Below are positions 49,899 to 59,151 of a stretch of DNA of 64,000 nt, piece after piece (positions within the stretch are counted from its first letter, which is position 1; every line of letters begins with the position of its first letter). Source of the DNA: Candidatus Aenigmatarchaeota archaeon. GTDB lineage: Archaea > Aenigmatarchaeota > Aenigmatarchaeia > CG10238-14 > SCSR01. The stretch covers positions 133,135 through 197,134 of the forward strand of contig JAWBWS010000002.1 in the NCBI GenBank assembly GCA_038999725.1, read 5' to 3'. Made by a program: the position numbers and the translations under genes. The notes beneath the pieces are model-generated. The model saw only the letters and a list, made by a program, of their open reading frames with translations, was not told where the DNA came from and did no database searches.

Positions 49899-50903
49899 AT
49901 GTTCGAAATTTTGAAGGACAAGTTAAAAAAGGCTATAAAATCCATTTCTGAGAAAATTGAAAAGAAAGAAGAAAAACCGAAAGAAGTTGAAGAAAAAAAG
50001 CCTGAAAAAATTTTCAAGAAAATCAAAGAAAGGGTAGTCAAAGCAATAACTGAAAAAGAGTTAAGTGAAGAAGATATCGAGCCCATCTTGAACGAACTTA
50101 CAATAGATTTGATTGAAGCTGATGTAGCTTATGAAGTTGCTGAAAAAATAAAAGAAGATTTGAAGAAAAGTCTTGTTGGAAAGCCAATTAAAAGAGGAAA
50201 AGAAAAAGAAGTTGTTGTTGGTGCTTTAAAACAAAGTCTACTTGAAATTCTCTCTGTGCCTAAAATTAGTCTGGAAGAGATAATCAAAAAAGCGAAAATT
50301 GATGATAGACCTGCCGTGCTATTGTTTTATGGAGTAAATGGGGTTGGTAAGAGCTTAAATTTATCAAAAGTAGCATATTGGCTCAAAAAAAGAGGATATA
50401 AACCAATACTCGCTGCTGGAGACACTTGGCGTGCCGCTGGTTCACTTCAACTTGAAAAATATGCTGAAGAGATTGGTGTGCCTGTTGTGAGCCAAAAACA
50501 ATATAGCGATGGTTGTGCAGTGATTTTTGATGCAATCAGTTCAGCTAAAGCCAGAAAATATGATGTAGTTTTAGGCGATACAAGTGGTAGGATGCACACT
50601 AAAAAGAATCTTATAGATGAATTATCAAAAATTGTGAGAGTAAATAAACCAGATTTGAAAATATTGGTTTTAGATAGTCTTACCGGCTCTGATGTAATTC
50701 CACAATTTGAATTTTTTGATAAGGCGGTTGGTGTAGATGCTATAATTTTCACTAAGAATGATATCAATGAAAAAGGTGGTAATATACTCTCTGTTTGTTA
50801 TCTGTTTAAAAAACCTATAATATTTTTGGGGACTGGTCAAAATTATGAGGATTTGGTAGAATATGACCCAAAGGAATTTGTAAATTCTTTGTTAAGCCAA
50901 TAA
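49899..50903 (+). CDS. ftsY: Signal recognition particle receptor FtsY
   Basis: LIEADV, GVNGVGKS, DTWRAAG, DTSGR, TKND, KGG, GTGQ. Confidence 0.93.
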   Translation: MFEILKDKLKKAIKSISEKIEKKEEKPKEVEEKKPEKIFKKIKERVVKAITEKELSEEDIEPILNELTIDLIEADVAYEVAEKIKEDLKKSLVGKPIKRGKEKEVVVGALKQSLLEILSVPKISLEEIIKKAKIDDRPAVLLFYGVNGVGKSLNLSKVAYWLKKRGYKPILAAGDTWRAAGSLQLEKYAEEIGVPVVSQKQYSDGCAVIFDAISSAKARKYDVVLGDTSGRMHTKKNLIDELSKIVRVNKPDLKILVLDSLTGSDVIPQFEFFDKAVGVDAIIFTKNDINEKGGNILSVCYLFKKPIIFLGTGQNYEDLVEYDPKEFVNSLLSQ

Positions 50904-51099
50904 ATCCTAATCACAGAAATGATTTTTGAGACTGAAAAATACATTTTTACTGTTATTGACCTAAAAGAGATTTTTATGAAAACTATAGATTTGAACTTGT
51001 TAAGAAGAGTTGTGTTAATTTTGGGGGATAAAGCTTGAAAATTAAGAGAAAAAGCTCGGAAAGTTATAGAATTTAAATTATATAAACCTATTTTAAGTT

Positions 51100-52422
51100 A
51101 TGTTTAATGAACTGGGGAAAAAATTATCAGGGTTGATAAACAAGCTTGTCAGTGTGGCTGTCATCGATAAAAATGCTGTAGAAGAAATTTTAAAAGATTT
51201 AAAAATAACTCTGTTACAAGCTGATGTAAGTGTTGAGCTAGTTGATGAGCTTACAAAAAACATAAAGAAAAAGTGTTTGGAAGAAAAAATCCCTGCAGGC
51301 TTGACCTTGCGCGAACATGTTCTGAAGACTATTTACGAGGAGCTTGTTAGATTGCTTGGTGAAAAGCCTGCTGGTTTAGTGAAAAAGAAGAAGATAATGT
51401 TTGTTGGTTTATATGGTTCAGGTAAAACAACATCAATAGCAAAGCTTGCACGCTACTTCCAGAAACAGGGATTGAGACCAGCTTTAGTTGCTCTGGACTA
51501 CCATAGGCCTGCGGCACCGGAGCAACTAAAGCAACTTGGAGATCAAATAAAAGTTCCTGTTCATATTAACCAAAACAAAAACCCCTATGAAGCTGCTTCT
51601 GAAGGAATGAAAAAATTTGAAAAATATGATGTGATAATCTTTGATACTGCAGGAAGAGATGCTTTGGATAAAGAGCTTGCTGAAGAATTGAAGAAACTGG
51701 GAGAAATAATAAAACCGGAGGAAGTTTTGTTAACTATACCTGCTGATTTAGGGAAAGTTGCTAAGAAGCAGTCAGAAGAATTCCACAAACTTGTTGGGAT
51801 AACAGGAATTTTTATAACTAAAATGGATGGTACTGCTAAAGCAGGTGGTGCTTTAGCCGCTTGCTCAGCAACAAAGGCTAAGGTGAAATTTTTGGGGACC
51901 GGTGAACATATAGAAGATTTTGAAGTTTATGATCCTGAAAGGTTTGTTTCCAGATTGCTTGGCTTGGGTGATTTGCAAACTTTGTTAGAAAAAGCAAAAG
52001 AAGTTGAAATAAAGCCTGAAAAAGTTGAAAAGATTATCGAAGGAAAATTCACTTTGGAAGATTTCATGGAACAAATAGAAGCCATGGGAAAGATGGGTCC
52101 TTTGGGTAAAGTTGTGGAGATGATTCCTGGCTTGGGAATGAAGATTCCTAAAGATGTTTTGGAAAAACAGGAGGAAAAGATGAAACATTACAAGTACATA
52201 ATCCAATCTATGACAAAAGAAGAAAGGGAAAACCCTGAAATAATAAACGCTTCCAGGATAAGAAGAATTGCTAAGGGGAGTGGAAGAGAAGAGAGTGAGG
52301 TGAGAGAACTTTTGCAACAGTATGAACAAATGAAAAAGTTGATGAAGATGCTTGGTGGTAAGGCTGGGTTAGAGAGAGGAGCTTTAGGTAAACTCATGAA
52401 GCAGTTTGGGTTTAAGATATGA
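51100..52422 (+). CDS. srp54: Signal recognition particle 54 kDa protein
   Basis: LLQADV, GSGKTT, RPAAPEQL, DTAGR, TKMDGTAKAGGAL, M domain with SRIRRIAKGSG. Confidence 0.96.
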   Translation: MFNELGKKLSGLINKLVSVAVIDKNAVEEILKDLKITLLQADVSVELVDELTKNIKKKCLEEKIPAGLTLREHVLKTIYEELVRLLGEKPAGLVKKKKIMFVGLYGSGKTTSIAKLARYFQKQGLRPALVALDYHRPAAPEQLKQLGDQIKVPVHINQNKNPYEAASEGMKKFEKYDVIIFDTAGRDALDKELAEELKKLGEIIKPEEVLLTIPADLGKVAKKQSEEFHKLVGITGIFITKMDGTAKAGGALAACSATKAKVKFLGTGEHIEDFEVYDPERFVSRLLGLGDLQTLLEKAKEVEIKPEKVEKIIEGKFTLEDFMEQIEAMGKMGPLGKVVEMIPGLGMKIPKDVLEKQEEKMKHYKYIIQSMTKEERENPEIINASRIRRIAKGSGREESEVRELLQQYEQMKKLMKMLGGKAGLERGALGKLMKQFGFKI

Positions 52423-53009
52423 GGGAATTCATTCTCAAGGCATCTAAGGCTTTCACCATGCCTTTCAACCTTAACGATTTAGCCGGTTCAGGTAGAATTG
52501 ACTTGGTTTGTCGTTGCATCTCAAACGCTTTCTTCATCTCAGAAGCAATAAGAAAAGATGTTTGCTTTCATGTTGTTTTAGAGGGACCGAAATATCCTCC
52601 AAAGCTTATAAGCTTTTTTGGAAGTGAGTTGAAAAATATCTCTCCTGATGAAAGGAATATTGGAGCATGGATAAGGAAAGCAGTAGAAGCTGGTCTTGAA
52701 TTAAAGAAAGGTGATGAGAAAAGAATTTCTGATGGTATAATTGTCGCAAAGAAAAGTTTTGAAGAATTGGTCAGAGAAAAAGCAAGAAGAAGTCAGCTTG
52801 TATATCTACATCCAAAAGGAAAAGACATAAGGGAGTTCGAGTTCGAAGAAAATTTTTGTTTTGTTCTTGGTGATCATAAAGGGTTGCCAAAAAAGACAGA
52901 AAGTCTGCTGGATAGAATTGGGGCAAAAAAAGTTTCTGTTGGAAAAATAACTTATTTGGCTTCTCATGTCATAGTTATTTGTCATAATGAGCTTGATAGA
53001 AGATTATAA
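52419..53009 (+). CDS. trmY: tRNA (pseudouridine(54)-N1)-methyltransferase
   Basis: LNDLAGSGRIDLVCRC, PDERNI, FVLGDHKG, HNELDR (SPOUT fold). Confidence 0.92.
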   Translation: MREFILKASKAFTMPFNLNDLAGSGRIDLVCRCISNAFFISEAIRKDVCFHVVLEGPKYPPKLISFFGSELKNISPDERNIGAWIRKAVEAGLELKKGDEKRISDGIIVAKKSFEELVREKARRSQLVYLHPKGKDIREFEFEENFCFVLGDHKGLPKKTESLLDRIGAKKVSVGKITYLASHVIVICHNELDRRL

Positions 53010-53471
53010 AATGCTTCTAAGTTTTTCATTCAGTTTTATCATATTGGTCTTGCCGTAGGGTTCTTTCTCTATTACTCCTCTTCTTTTCAAATTTTCAAGA
53101 ACTCTGAATGTCTTCACTTTGCCAAAGGATTGTGAAAGCTTGCTTTGTAAAATTTCTCCCTTGTTTTCAATCAGCTTTTTTACTATTTCCCTTTCTTCTG
53201 GGCTGAGGATTTCGACCAAGGAGAAGAGCGCTTGAATTTGTTTTTCCTTGTTTTCTTCAATTTTAGGGGACATGAAGTAATAGAGAGTTGAGCCTATCAA
53301 AAGACCAAGGGAAGCAAAAGTTGGGATTAGAACCGGTATTGGTAAAGTGCAGCTGCAAGCAGTTCCTTCAATTATGTGAGTTTGTGCATAGAGTGTGCTG
53401 AAAGAGACTGCAAAAATGAAGCCTGAGAGTAATATCACTGGTATTATATTTCTTCTTTTAAAAATTTCCAT
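53004..53471 (-). CDS. Membrane-anchored winged-helix transcriptional regulator with CxC loop
   Basis: Two N-terminal TM helices flanking GTACSCT; C-terminal wHTH (GEILQSKL...KVKTFRVLENLKRRGVIEKEPYGKTN). Confidence 0.78.
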   Translation of the reverse strand: MEIFKRRNIIPVILLSGFIFAVSFSTLYAQTHIIEGTACSCTLPIPVLIPTFASLGLLIGSTLYYFMSPKIEENKEKQIQALFSLVEILSPEEREIVKKLIENKGEILQSKLSQSFGKVKTFRVLENLKRRGVIEKEPYGKTNMIKLNEKLRSIL

Positions 53472-53491
53472 AATTAATTAATTAAAAGCAG

Positions 53492-53531
53492 TTTTAAAAA
53501 GGTTTCAAATTTTGAAACTTAAATTTAAATA
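53492..53531. promoter_or_regulatory. Back-to-back TATA boxes enclosing a perfect inverted repeat (candidate operator)
   Basis: TTTTAAAA 53492-53499, GTTTCAAA-T-TTTGAAAC 53502-53518, TTTAAATA 53524-53531; each TATA lies 20-22 nt from its ATG. Confidence 0.6.
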
Positions 53532-53553
53532 TGGTTTCTCCCTCATAATTTTT

Positions 53554-54825
53554 ATGAATTTAAAAGAAATCTTGGTATCTGAAAGAATGGCTCAAGCAAA
53601 GAAAGGGTTTAGAGGAAGCTTTCAAAATTATGTGGAAAACTTTAATGCTGTTGTTAAGTCAGTAGATGAAAAAGAATTAAAAAAGAAGTTGAAAGAAATA
53701 AAAGAATATTCGATAAAAAATCTTGAAAAACTGAGAGAAAAAGCCATAAGAAATTTGGAAGCTCAAGGAATAAAAGTTTTTGAAGCAAAAGATGCAAAAG
53801 ATGCGAGGAAGATGATACAAAAAATAATTCCAAAAAATGAGCTAGTGGTTAAAGCAAAATCCAATGTCTTGAACGAAATTGAAATTGTAGAAAGGATGAA
53901 GGAAAGAAATGAATTTGTAGAAACCGATTGTGGTGACTTTCTCATTAAGATTTGTGGAGAAAGTGAGATGCATCCTGTAACACCAGCCATTCATTTGTCA
54001 ATTGAAAAAATTGTTGAAGCTATAGAAAGAAAATTTGGTGAAAAAATTGAGCCAAAAGCTGAAAAAATTGCAGAATGGGTGAAAAATTACTTGAGAGAAA
54101 AAATTTTGAAAGCAAATTTTGGATTGACTGGAGCAAATGCAATTTCTGCAGACGGTAACATAGTAATACTTGAGAATGAAGGAAACATAAGCTTGATAAC
54201 TAGATTGCCTGAAAAGCACGTGATTGTTGCTGGTATTGAAAAAATCGTGCCTTCTGTTGGAGATGCTATGCTGGTTTGTGAGGCTTCTGCCATTTGGGGC
54301 ACTGGAGCAAGGTGGCCTACTTACATAAACCTGATTTCCTCTCCAAGCAAAACAGCAGACATTCAAAAGGAAATAGTACAAGGAATGCATGGAGCAAAAG
54401 AAGTTTACCTCATACTTTTGGATAATGGAAGGAGAAGAGCTCTGGAGGAAGGTTTGAAAGAAGCTCTATATTGCATAAACTGCGGGGCTTGTCTTTACTT
54501 TTGTCCGGTTTATAGACAAATTTTTGATAATTATGGCTTACATTATTTTGCTGGAATTGGCATTAGTAAAACAGCTTTCATGAATGGACTTAAAGCAGCT
54601 TTTGATAGGGGACTTTACTATTGCACTACTTGCAAGGCATGTAAGCAGAATTGTCCGCTTGAAATAGATGTAGCCGAGCTCATAAAAAAAATTAGGGAAA
54701 AAGCTGTGAAGAAGGGGTTGGAAACAAAAGCAAACAAGAAAATGATAGAAAATATAAAAAAAATTGGAAATCCTTTCGGCGAAATGAAGGAAAGTGAAAT
54801 ACCGAAAGAATTGTATTGTTGCTAG
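53554..54825 (+). CDS. LUD-domain iron-sulfur protein (LutB/LldF-like) ending in Cys-Cys
   Basis: KAKSN, ETDCGDF, HPVTPAIH, TGANAI...ENEGNI, SPSKTADI, LDNGR, two CxxCxxCxxxCP motifs, C-terminus KELYCC. ATG 53554. Confidence 0.88.
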   Translation: MNLKEILVSERMAQAKKGFRGSFQNYVENFNAVVKSVDEKELKKKLKEIKEYSIKNLEKLREKAIRNLEAQGIKVFEAKDAKDARKMIQKIIPKNELVVKAKSNVLNEIEIVERMKERNEFVETDCGDFLIKICGESEMHPVTPAIHLSIEKIVEAIERKFGEKIEPKAEKIAEWVKNYLREKILKANFGLTGANAISADGNIVILENEGNISLITRLPEKHVIVAGIEKIVPSVGDAMLVCEASAIWGTGARWPTYINLISSPSKTADIQKEIVQGMHGAKEVYLILLDNGRRRALEEGLKEALYCINCGACLYFCPVYRQIFDNYGLHYFAGIGISKTAFMNGLKAAFDRGLYYCTTCKACKQNCPLEIDVAELIKKIREKAVKKGLETKANKKMIENIKKIGNPFGEMKESEIPKELYCC

Positions 54826-54832
54826 TGGGAAG

Positions 54833-55261
54833 ATGAAAGTGAAATTAAGCATTTTAATCCCAATTGTTTTGATTGCAGGAATTGCTGCTGTAAGCTACTT
54901 TTTCCTTCTTCCCACAAACTCTTACAGGAATGATTGTGGCAAGCCTTTAGAAGGATATGATGCTCTATTTATCTATCTTCAAGATTGCCCTCATTGCAAA
55001 AATGATTTGAAGAGGATGATAAACCTGAATATCTCAGAAAAATTCTACATGATTGATGCTAATGATGATAAATGTAAAAGCGTGATTGAAGATTACAAAG
55101 ATTATATAATTTACCATAGAAATTCAAACTATCAGAATGTCCCTGCTGGAATTTTCACTCCAACAAAAGTTTGTTTGTATGACAATAAAACTTATGTTGG
55201 TGAACAAAATGAGATGGAGCTAAAAGAATTTTATGAAAATTGTTTAAAGGTGAAGCCATGA
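54833..55261 (+). CDS. Membrane-anchored thioredoxin-like protein (CPHC)
   Basis: N-terminal TM helix, YLQDCPHCK, FTPT cis-Pro-like loop. ATG 54833. Confidence 0.75.
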   Translation: MKVKLSILIPIVLIAGIAAVSYFFLLPTNSYRNDCGKPLEGYDALFIYLQDCPHCKNDLKRMINLNISEKFYMIDANDDKCKSVIEDYKDYIIYHRNSNYQNVPAGIFTPTKVCLYDNKTYVGEQNEMELKEFYENCLKVKP

Positions 55262-55953
55262 TTTCTTTTCCAATTGAACAATTGCCACTTCCTTTGGCAG
55301 GAATGGCTTTGGGTCTAATAGACGGGGCTTTAAATCCTTGCGCACTTTCTGTTCTTTTTTTCCTCGTGGCTTACCTTCTAGCGATTGGGTCGAAGAAAAA
55401 ATGTTTGGTCTTGGGTTTAATTTATTCTTTTATGGTCTTCATGATTTATTTCTTGTTCATGTATGGTTTTTTGAACTTGCTCTTCTTGATAGGATACACT
55501 AGAATTGTGAAGATTGCTATTGGTGTAATATTGATATTGGTAAGTTTGTTTGAGATGAAAGACTTCTTCTTTTATGGCAAGTGGATATCATTAGAAATAC
55601 CAAAATCTGCAAAGCCGAAAATAGAGAGCTTCATTAAAAAAGCTACAGTACCATCAACTCTTATCCTTGGGATTTTAGTTGCACTTGTTGAGATACCTTG
55701 TGCTGGGGCTTTTCCCTTAGCCTACTTAGCTATGATAAGCTCAAAGACCGGAATAGAAGCTGCCTTCTACATCTTCATATATAACATTTTCTTCATCTTG
55801 CCTTTGGTTTGTTTAACAGTTGTTTTTTACTTTGGTTTTGTCAAGATAGAAAAAGCTGAAAGGGCTAGGCTTAAACTCAGAAGATACATGAGACTTATAT
55901 CTGGATTAGTCTTGTTTGTATTGGGTTTGATTTTCTTAATAGGGTGGATTTGA
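55258..55953 (+). CDS. CcdA/DsbD-like transmembrane disulfide electron transporter
   Basis: About six TM helices with two Pro-Cys motifs (LNPCALSVL, EIPCAGAF); GGTGA RBS before ATG 55258. Confidence 0.82.
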   Translation: MISFPIEQLPLPLAGMALGLIDGALNPCALSVLFFLVAYLLAIGSKKKCLVLGLIYSFMVFMIYFLFMYGFLNLLFLIGYTRIVKIAIGVILILVSLFEMKDFFFYGKWISLEIPKSAKPKIESFIKKATVPSTLILGILVALVEIPCAGAFPLAYLAMISSKTGIEAAFYIFIYNIFFILPLVCLTVVFYFGFVKIEKAERARLKLRRYMRLISGLVLFVLGLIFLIGWI

Positions 55954-56675
55954 TGGCTCTACTAAAATTGTTTGGCAATATCTTGTATTATCCCGGCTGT
56001 ATGATGAAGTTTGTAACAAAAGAACAAAATGAAAAATACAAGAAAATCTTGAGGAAGATTGGAATTGATTTTATTGAGCTGAAAGAATTGGAAGCTTGTT
56101 GCGGCTCGCCAGTGTTAGCAGCTGGCTATCATCAAGAAGCCATGAAGCTCGCTGAAAGAAATTTCAAGGTTTTTAAAGAACATTCTGTCAAAAAGATTAT
56201 AACACCTTGTCCAGCATGTTTCAGAACTTTTTCTCAAGAGTATCCAAAGTTTTTGAAAGAATGGGATATGAAAGTTGAACATATAACACAAACTATTGTA
56301 AAAGCTATTGATGAAGGAAAACTCAAGCTCAAGGGAAGAAAGGTAAAAGTTACTTTTCACGATCCTTGCCATCTTGGAAGATATTCTGGAATTTATGATG
56401 AGCCTAGAAAGATAATAGCTTCAAGCAAAGCAAAGCTTGAAGAGATGGAAATGGCGAGGGAGCAAGCTCTTTGCTGTGGTGGTGGGGGAGGAGTAAGAGC
56501 AAACTACCCTAAACTAGCTGAAGAGATGGCAAGAGAAAGAGTAAAACAAGCTGAAGAGACGAAAGCTCAAATTTTGGTGACAAGCTGTCCCTTGTGTTTT
56601 GTTCAGCTAAAAGAAGCCGCCAAAAATTCCAAAATAAAAGTCATGGAACTAAGTGAATTTATTAATGAAATTTAA
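55953..56675 (+). CDS. CCG-domain (Fe-S)-binding protein (LutA/HdrB/GlcF-like)
   Basis: YYPGC, CCGSP, CPAC, FHDPCHLGR, CCGGGGG, SCPLC; TGATG stop/start overlap with the ccdA-like gene. Confidence 0.88.
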   Translation: MALLKLFGNILYYPGCMMKFVTKEQNEKYKKILRKIGIDFIELKELEACCGSPVLAAGYHQEAMKLAERNFKVFKEHSVKKIITPCPACFRTFSQEYPKFLKEWDMKVEHITQTIVKAIDEGKLKLKGRKVKVTFHDPCHLGRYSGIYDEPRKIIASSKAKLEEMEMAREQALCCGGGGGVRANYPKLAEEMARERVKQAEETKAQILVTSCPLCFVQLKEAAKNSKIKVMELSEFINEI

Positions 56676-56694
56676 ATCTATTTTTTAGAGAAGT

Positions 56695-57963
56695 ATGAAA
56701 TTTGAAGAAAGAGTGATAGAAATATTGAAAGATGGCTTTGTATGTGACAATTGCTTAGGCAGATTTTTTGCTGAGTTGCTTTCAGGCTTCTCGAATAAAG
56801 AAAGGGGGAGAATTTTGAGAAATTATTTAGCTTTTTTAATAGATTCTGGTGAAAAGGTTGAAGTTGACTTGAGTAATTTCTATGGCATCAAATTCAGAAA
56901 TGTAAAGCTGGAAATTAAAGAGCCAAAAAGCTGCAGAATTTGCCAAAATTTTTTTGAGAAAGAAATTGATGAAATTGCGAAAAAGGTTGTTGAAGAGTTG
57001 AGGGGAATAGAATTTGAGACTTTTTTGATTGGTTCGGTTCCAAGAGATGAAATGGAAAATGAAGAAGAGAAAATTCACGAAAAAATAGGTATAGATTTTT
57101 CTGAATTGACGAAATCAGAAATTAATAGGGAATTGGGGAAGAGAATAGAAAAACTTACTGGCAAGGCTTTTTCACTCAAAAATCCCGATGTCACGATAGT
57201 AGTGAATTTGAAAACTGGAAAGATAAAGAAAGAAATAAGAAGCTTGTTTGTTTATGGAAAATACAAGAAACTTGTCCGTGGCATACCGCAATCAAAATGG
57301 GTTTGCCCAAGATGTAAGGGCAAGGGATGTGTTGAATGTAAAGGCCGTGGAAAACTTTACCCAACTTCTGTTCAAGAGATAATTGAGAAACCTTTGCTAA
57401 AAGCAGCAAAAGCAAAAAAATCTGCTTTTCATGCTTCAGGCCGTGAGGATATAGATGCAAGATGTCTTGATGGTAGACCTTTTGTGATTGAGCTTGTGAA
57501 GCCAATGAAAAGAAGAATTGATTTGAAAAAAATGGAAAAAGAAATAAACAAGTCTAGAAGGGTCAAAGTTTCAGGTTTAAGATTTGTTGATAAAAGCTTT
57601 GTGATCAAGCTTAAGACTGAAAAATCTGACAAGACTTATCTTGCTGAAGTTGATTTTGAAAAAGAAATTGACAAGGAGAAATTGAAAGAATTGAAAAAAC
57701 TTGAAGGTCAGTTCATCTTCCAAAAAACTCCATCGAGAGTGCTCCACAGAAGGGCTGACAAGATGAGAAAAAGAATTGTGAAGAAAATATCTTGGAAGGT
57801 TTTGGGTAAAAAAAAGTGCATCTTCAAGATAAGGACACAGTCTGGGCTCTACATAAAGGAGCTCATCTCTGGAGATGATGGAAGAACACAACCAAACATA
57901 GCAGAATTAATATCTAACAAACCAAAAAAAATAAAGCTAGATGTTATAAAAATTCATAGGTGA
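56695..57963 (+). CDS. pus10: tRNA pseudouridine(54/55) synthase Pus10
   Basis: CDNCLGR, THUMP region, RGIPQSKW, GREDIDAR, QKTPSRV, GLYIKELISGDDGRT. Confidence 0.95.
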   Translation: MKFEERVIEILKDGFVCDNCLGRFFAELLSGFSNKERGRILRNYLAFLIDSGEKVEVDLSNFYGIKFRNVKLEIKEPKSCRICQNFFEKEIDEIAKKVVEELRGIEFETFLIGSVPRDEMENEEEKIHEKIGIDFSELTKSEINRELGKRIEKLTGKAFSLKNPDVTIVVNLKTGKIKKEIRSLFVYGKYKKLVRGIPQSKWVCPRCKGKGCVECKGRGKLYPTSVQEIIEKPLLKAAKAKKSAFHASGREDIDARCLDGRPFVIELVKPMKRRIDLKKMEKEINKSRRVKVSGLRFVDKSFVIKLKTEKSDKTYLAEVDFEKEIDKEKLKELKKLEGQFIFQKTPSRVLHRRADKMRKRIVKKISWKVLGKKKCIFKIRTQSGLYIKELISGDDGRTQPNIAELISNKPKKIKLDVIKIHR

Positions 57964-57967
57964 AAAA

Positions 57968-58252
57968 ATGAAGAAGTCCCGTGGTTTTAGAACAAAAACA
58001 AGAAAAACCTTGAAACAGAAACCAGGCTATAGACCACCGATTACAAAGTTTTTACAAGAATTCAATATAGGCCAGAAAGTTGTGATAGAACAAGAGCCAT
58101 CTTCCCAAAAAGGCATGCCTCACTCGAGGTACAAGGGTAGGATAGGTAGTATCATAGGTAAGAGGGGAAAAAGTTATATTGTTGAGATTACAGATGGAAA
58201 TAAGGTGAAAAAGATTATTTCAAGGCCCGAGCATCTGAAGGTGATAGCGTGA
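57968..58252 (+). CDS. rpl21e: 50S ribosomal protein L21e
   Basis: SRGFRTKTR, KGMPHSRYKGRIG, RPEHL. Confidence 0.96.
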   Translation: MKKSRGFRTKTRKTLKQKPGYRPPITKFLQEFNIGQKVVIEQEPSSQKGMPHSRYKGRIGSIIGKRGKSYIVEITDGNKVKKIISRPEHLKVIA

Positions 58253-58575
58253 AGGTGATAGCAGAAAAAGAAGTGACGAATGTTGAGGCTAGGGAAATTT
58301 TGGAAAATAGGGAAAAGGAAGGAGAATTAAAATATGAACAAAAAGTAAGTTTAGCCTTACTTAGGAAGTTCACTCCTATTGATTCGGAAAAGATAAAAAA
58401 GCTTGTGGAAGAGCTTAAATCAATTGAAAGATTGGGGGAAAGGGAGATTGTTGCCATTGCCAATTTCTTGCCTGAAGATAGAGATGACCTTAGAGTAATA
58501 CTTCACAAGGAATACACTGCCTTCACTCCAGAAGAAATTGATAAAATTCTTGAGATAGTGAAAAAGGTTATCTGA
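58249..58575 (+). CDS. rpoF: DNA-directed RNA polymerase subunit F (Rpo4)
   Basis: ELKYEQ, IANFLPEDRDDLR; conserved position after rpl21e. Confidence 0.92.
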   Translation: MKVIAEKEVTNVEAREILENREKEGELKYEQKVSLALLRKFTPIDSEKIKKLVEELKSIERLGEREIVAIANFLPEDRDDLRVILHKEYTAFTPEEIDKILEIVKKVI

Positions 58576-58579
58576 TTTC

Positions 58580-59134
58580 TTGGTGGTGTGTGTGAAAGAT
58601 GAATTTGCGATAATACTGGATTTTTTCCCACATGGAAAGCCTGGGGATAGGAAAGCCGAGCCTACAGCTCAAGCTATTGGTGATAAATTTTTCACCTTGC
58701 TTGAAATTGTTATAAAGGAAGGGAAGGAAGTAAAACCTGGGGAAAGAGTTTACATTGGGGAGGGAAAATGGGATGTCGTCAAGTACATAAGGGGGAAGAT
58801 AAAATACTCTGAGCTCACGAGTTTTGCCAAGAGTGAGCTTGAAAATGTGATTCAAGATTTAGTAATAAAAAATGAAGCTAGATTTGTTAACTTTTTCAAT
58901 AAAGCAATGCCTTTAACCACACGCTCCCATAGCCTGGAGCTTTTACCCGGAATTGGGAAGAAGCATTTGTGGGAGATTTTATCTAAAAGGAAAGTAGAAC
59001 CTTTCAAGAGCTTTAAAGACTTGCAGGAAAGGGTTGAGATGTTACCTGACCCTAAGAAGATGATAGTTAAAAGAATAATAAGCGAGTTGGAAGAAAAGGA
59101 TAGGCACAAACTTTTTGTTGGTGGCTTATTTTAA
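58580..59134 (+). CDS. DUF655 family putative nucleic-acid-binding protein
   Basis: AQAIGDKFFTLLE, HSLELLPGIGKK (HhH); conserved position after rpoF. Exact start uncertain. Confidence 0.92.
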   Translation: MVVCVKDEFAIILDFFPHGKPGDRKAEPTAQAIGDKFFTLLEIVIKEGKEVKPGERVYIGEGKWDVVKYIRGKIKYSELTSFAKSELENVIQDLVIKNEARFVNFFNKAMPLTTRSHSLELLPGIGKKHLWEILSKRKVEPFKSFKDLQERVEMLPDPKKMIVKRIISELEEKDRHKLFVGGLF

Positions 59135-59151
59135 TTCTTTTAAATAGGATA

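Noticed and set aside
50919..51038. 39-aa plus-strand ORF between ftsY and srp54; region also checked for SRP RNA
   Set aside because: No RBS or motif. The region is AT-rich and lacks the long GC-rich stems expected for SRP RNA.
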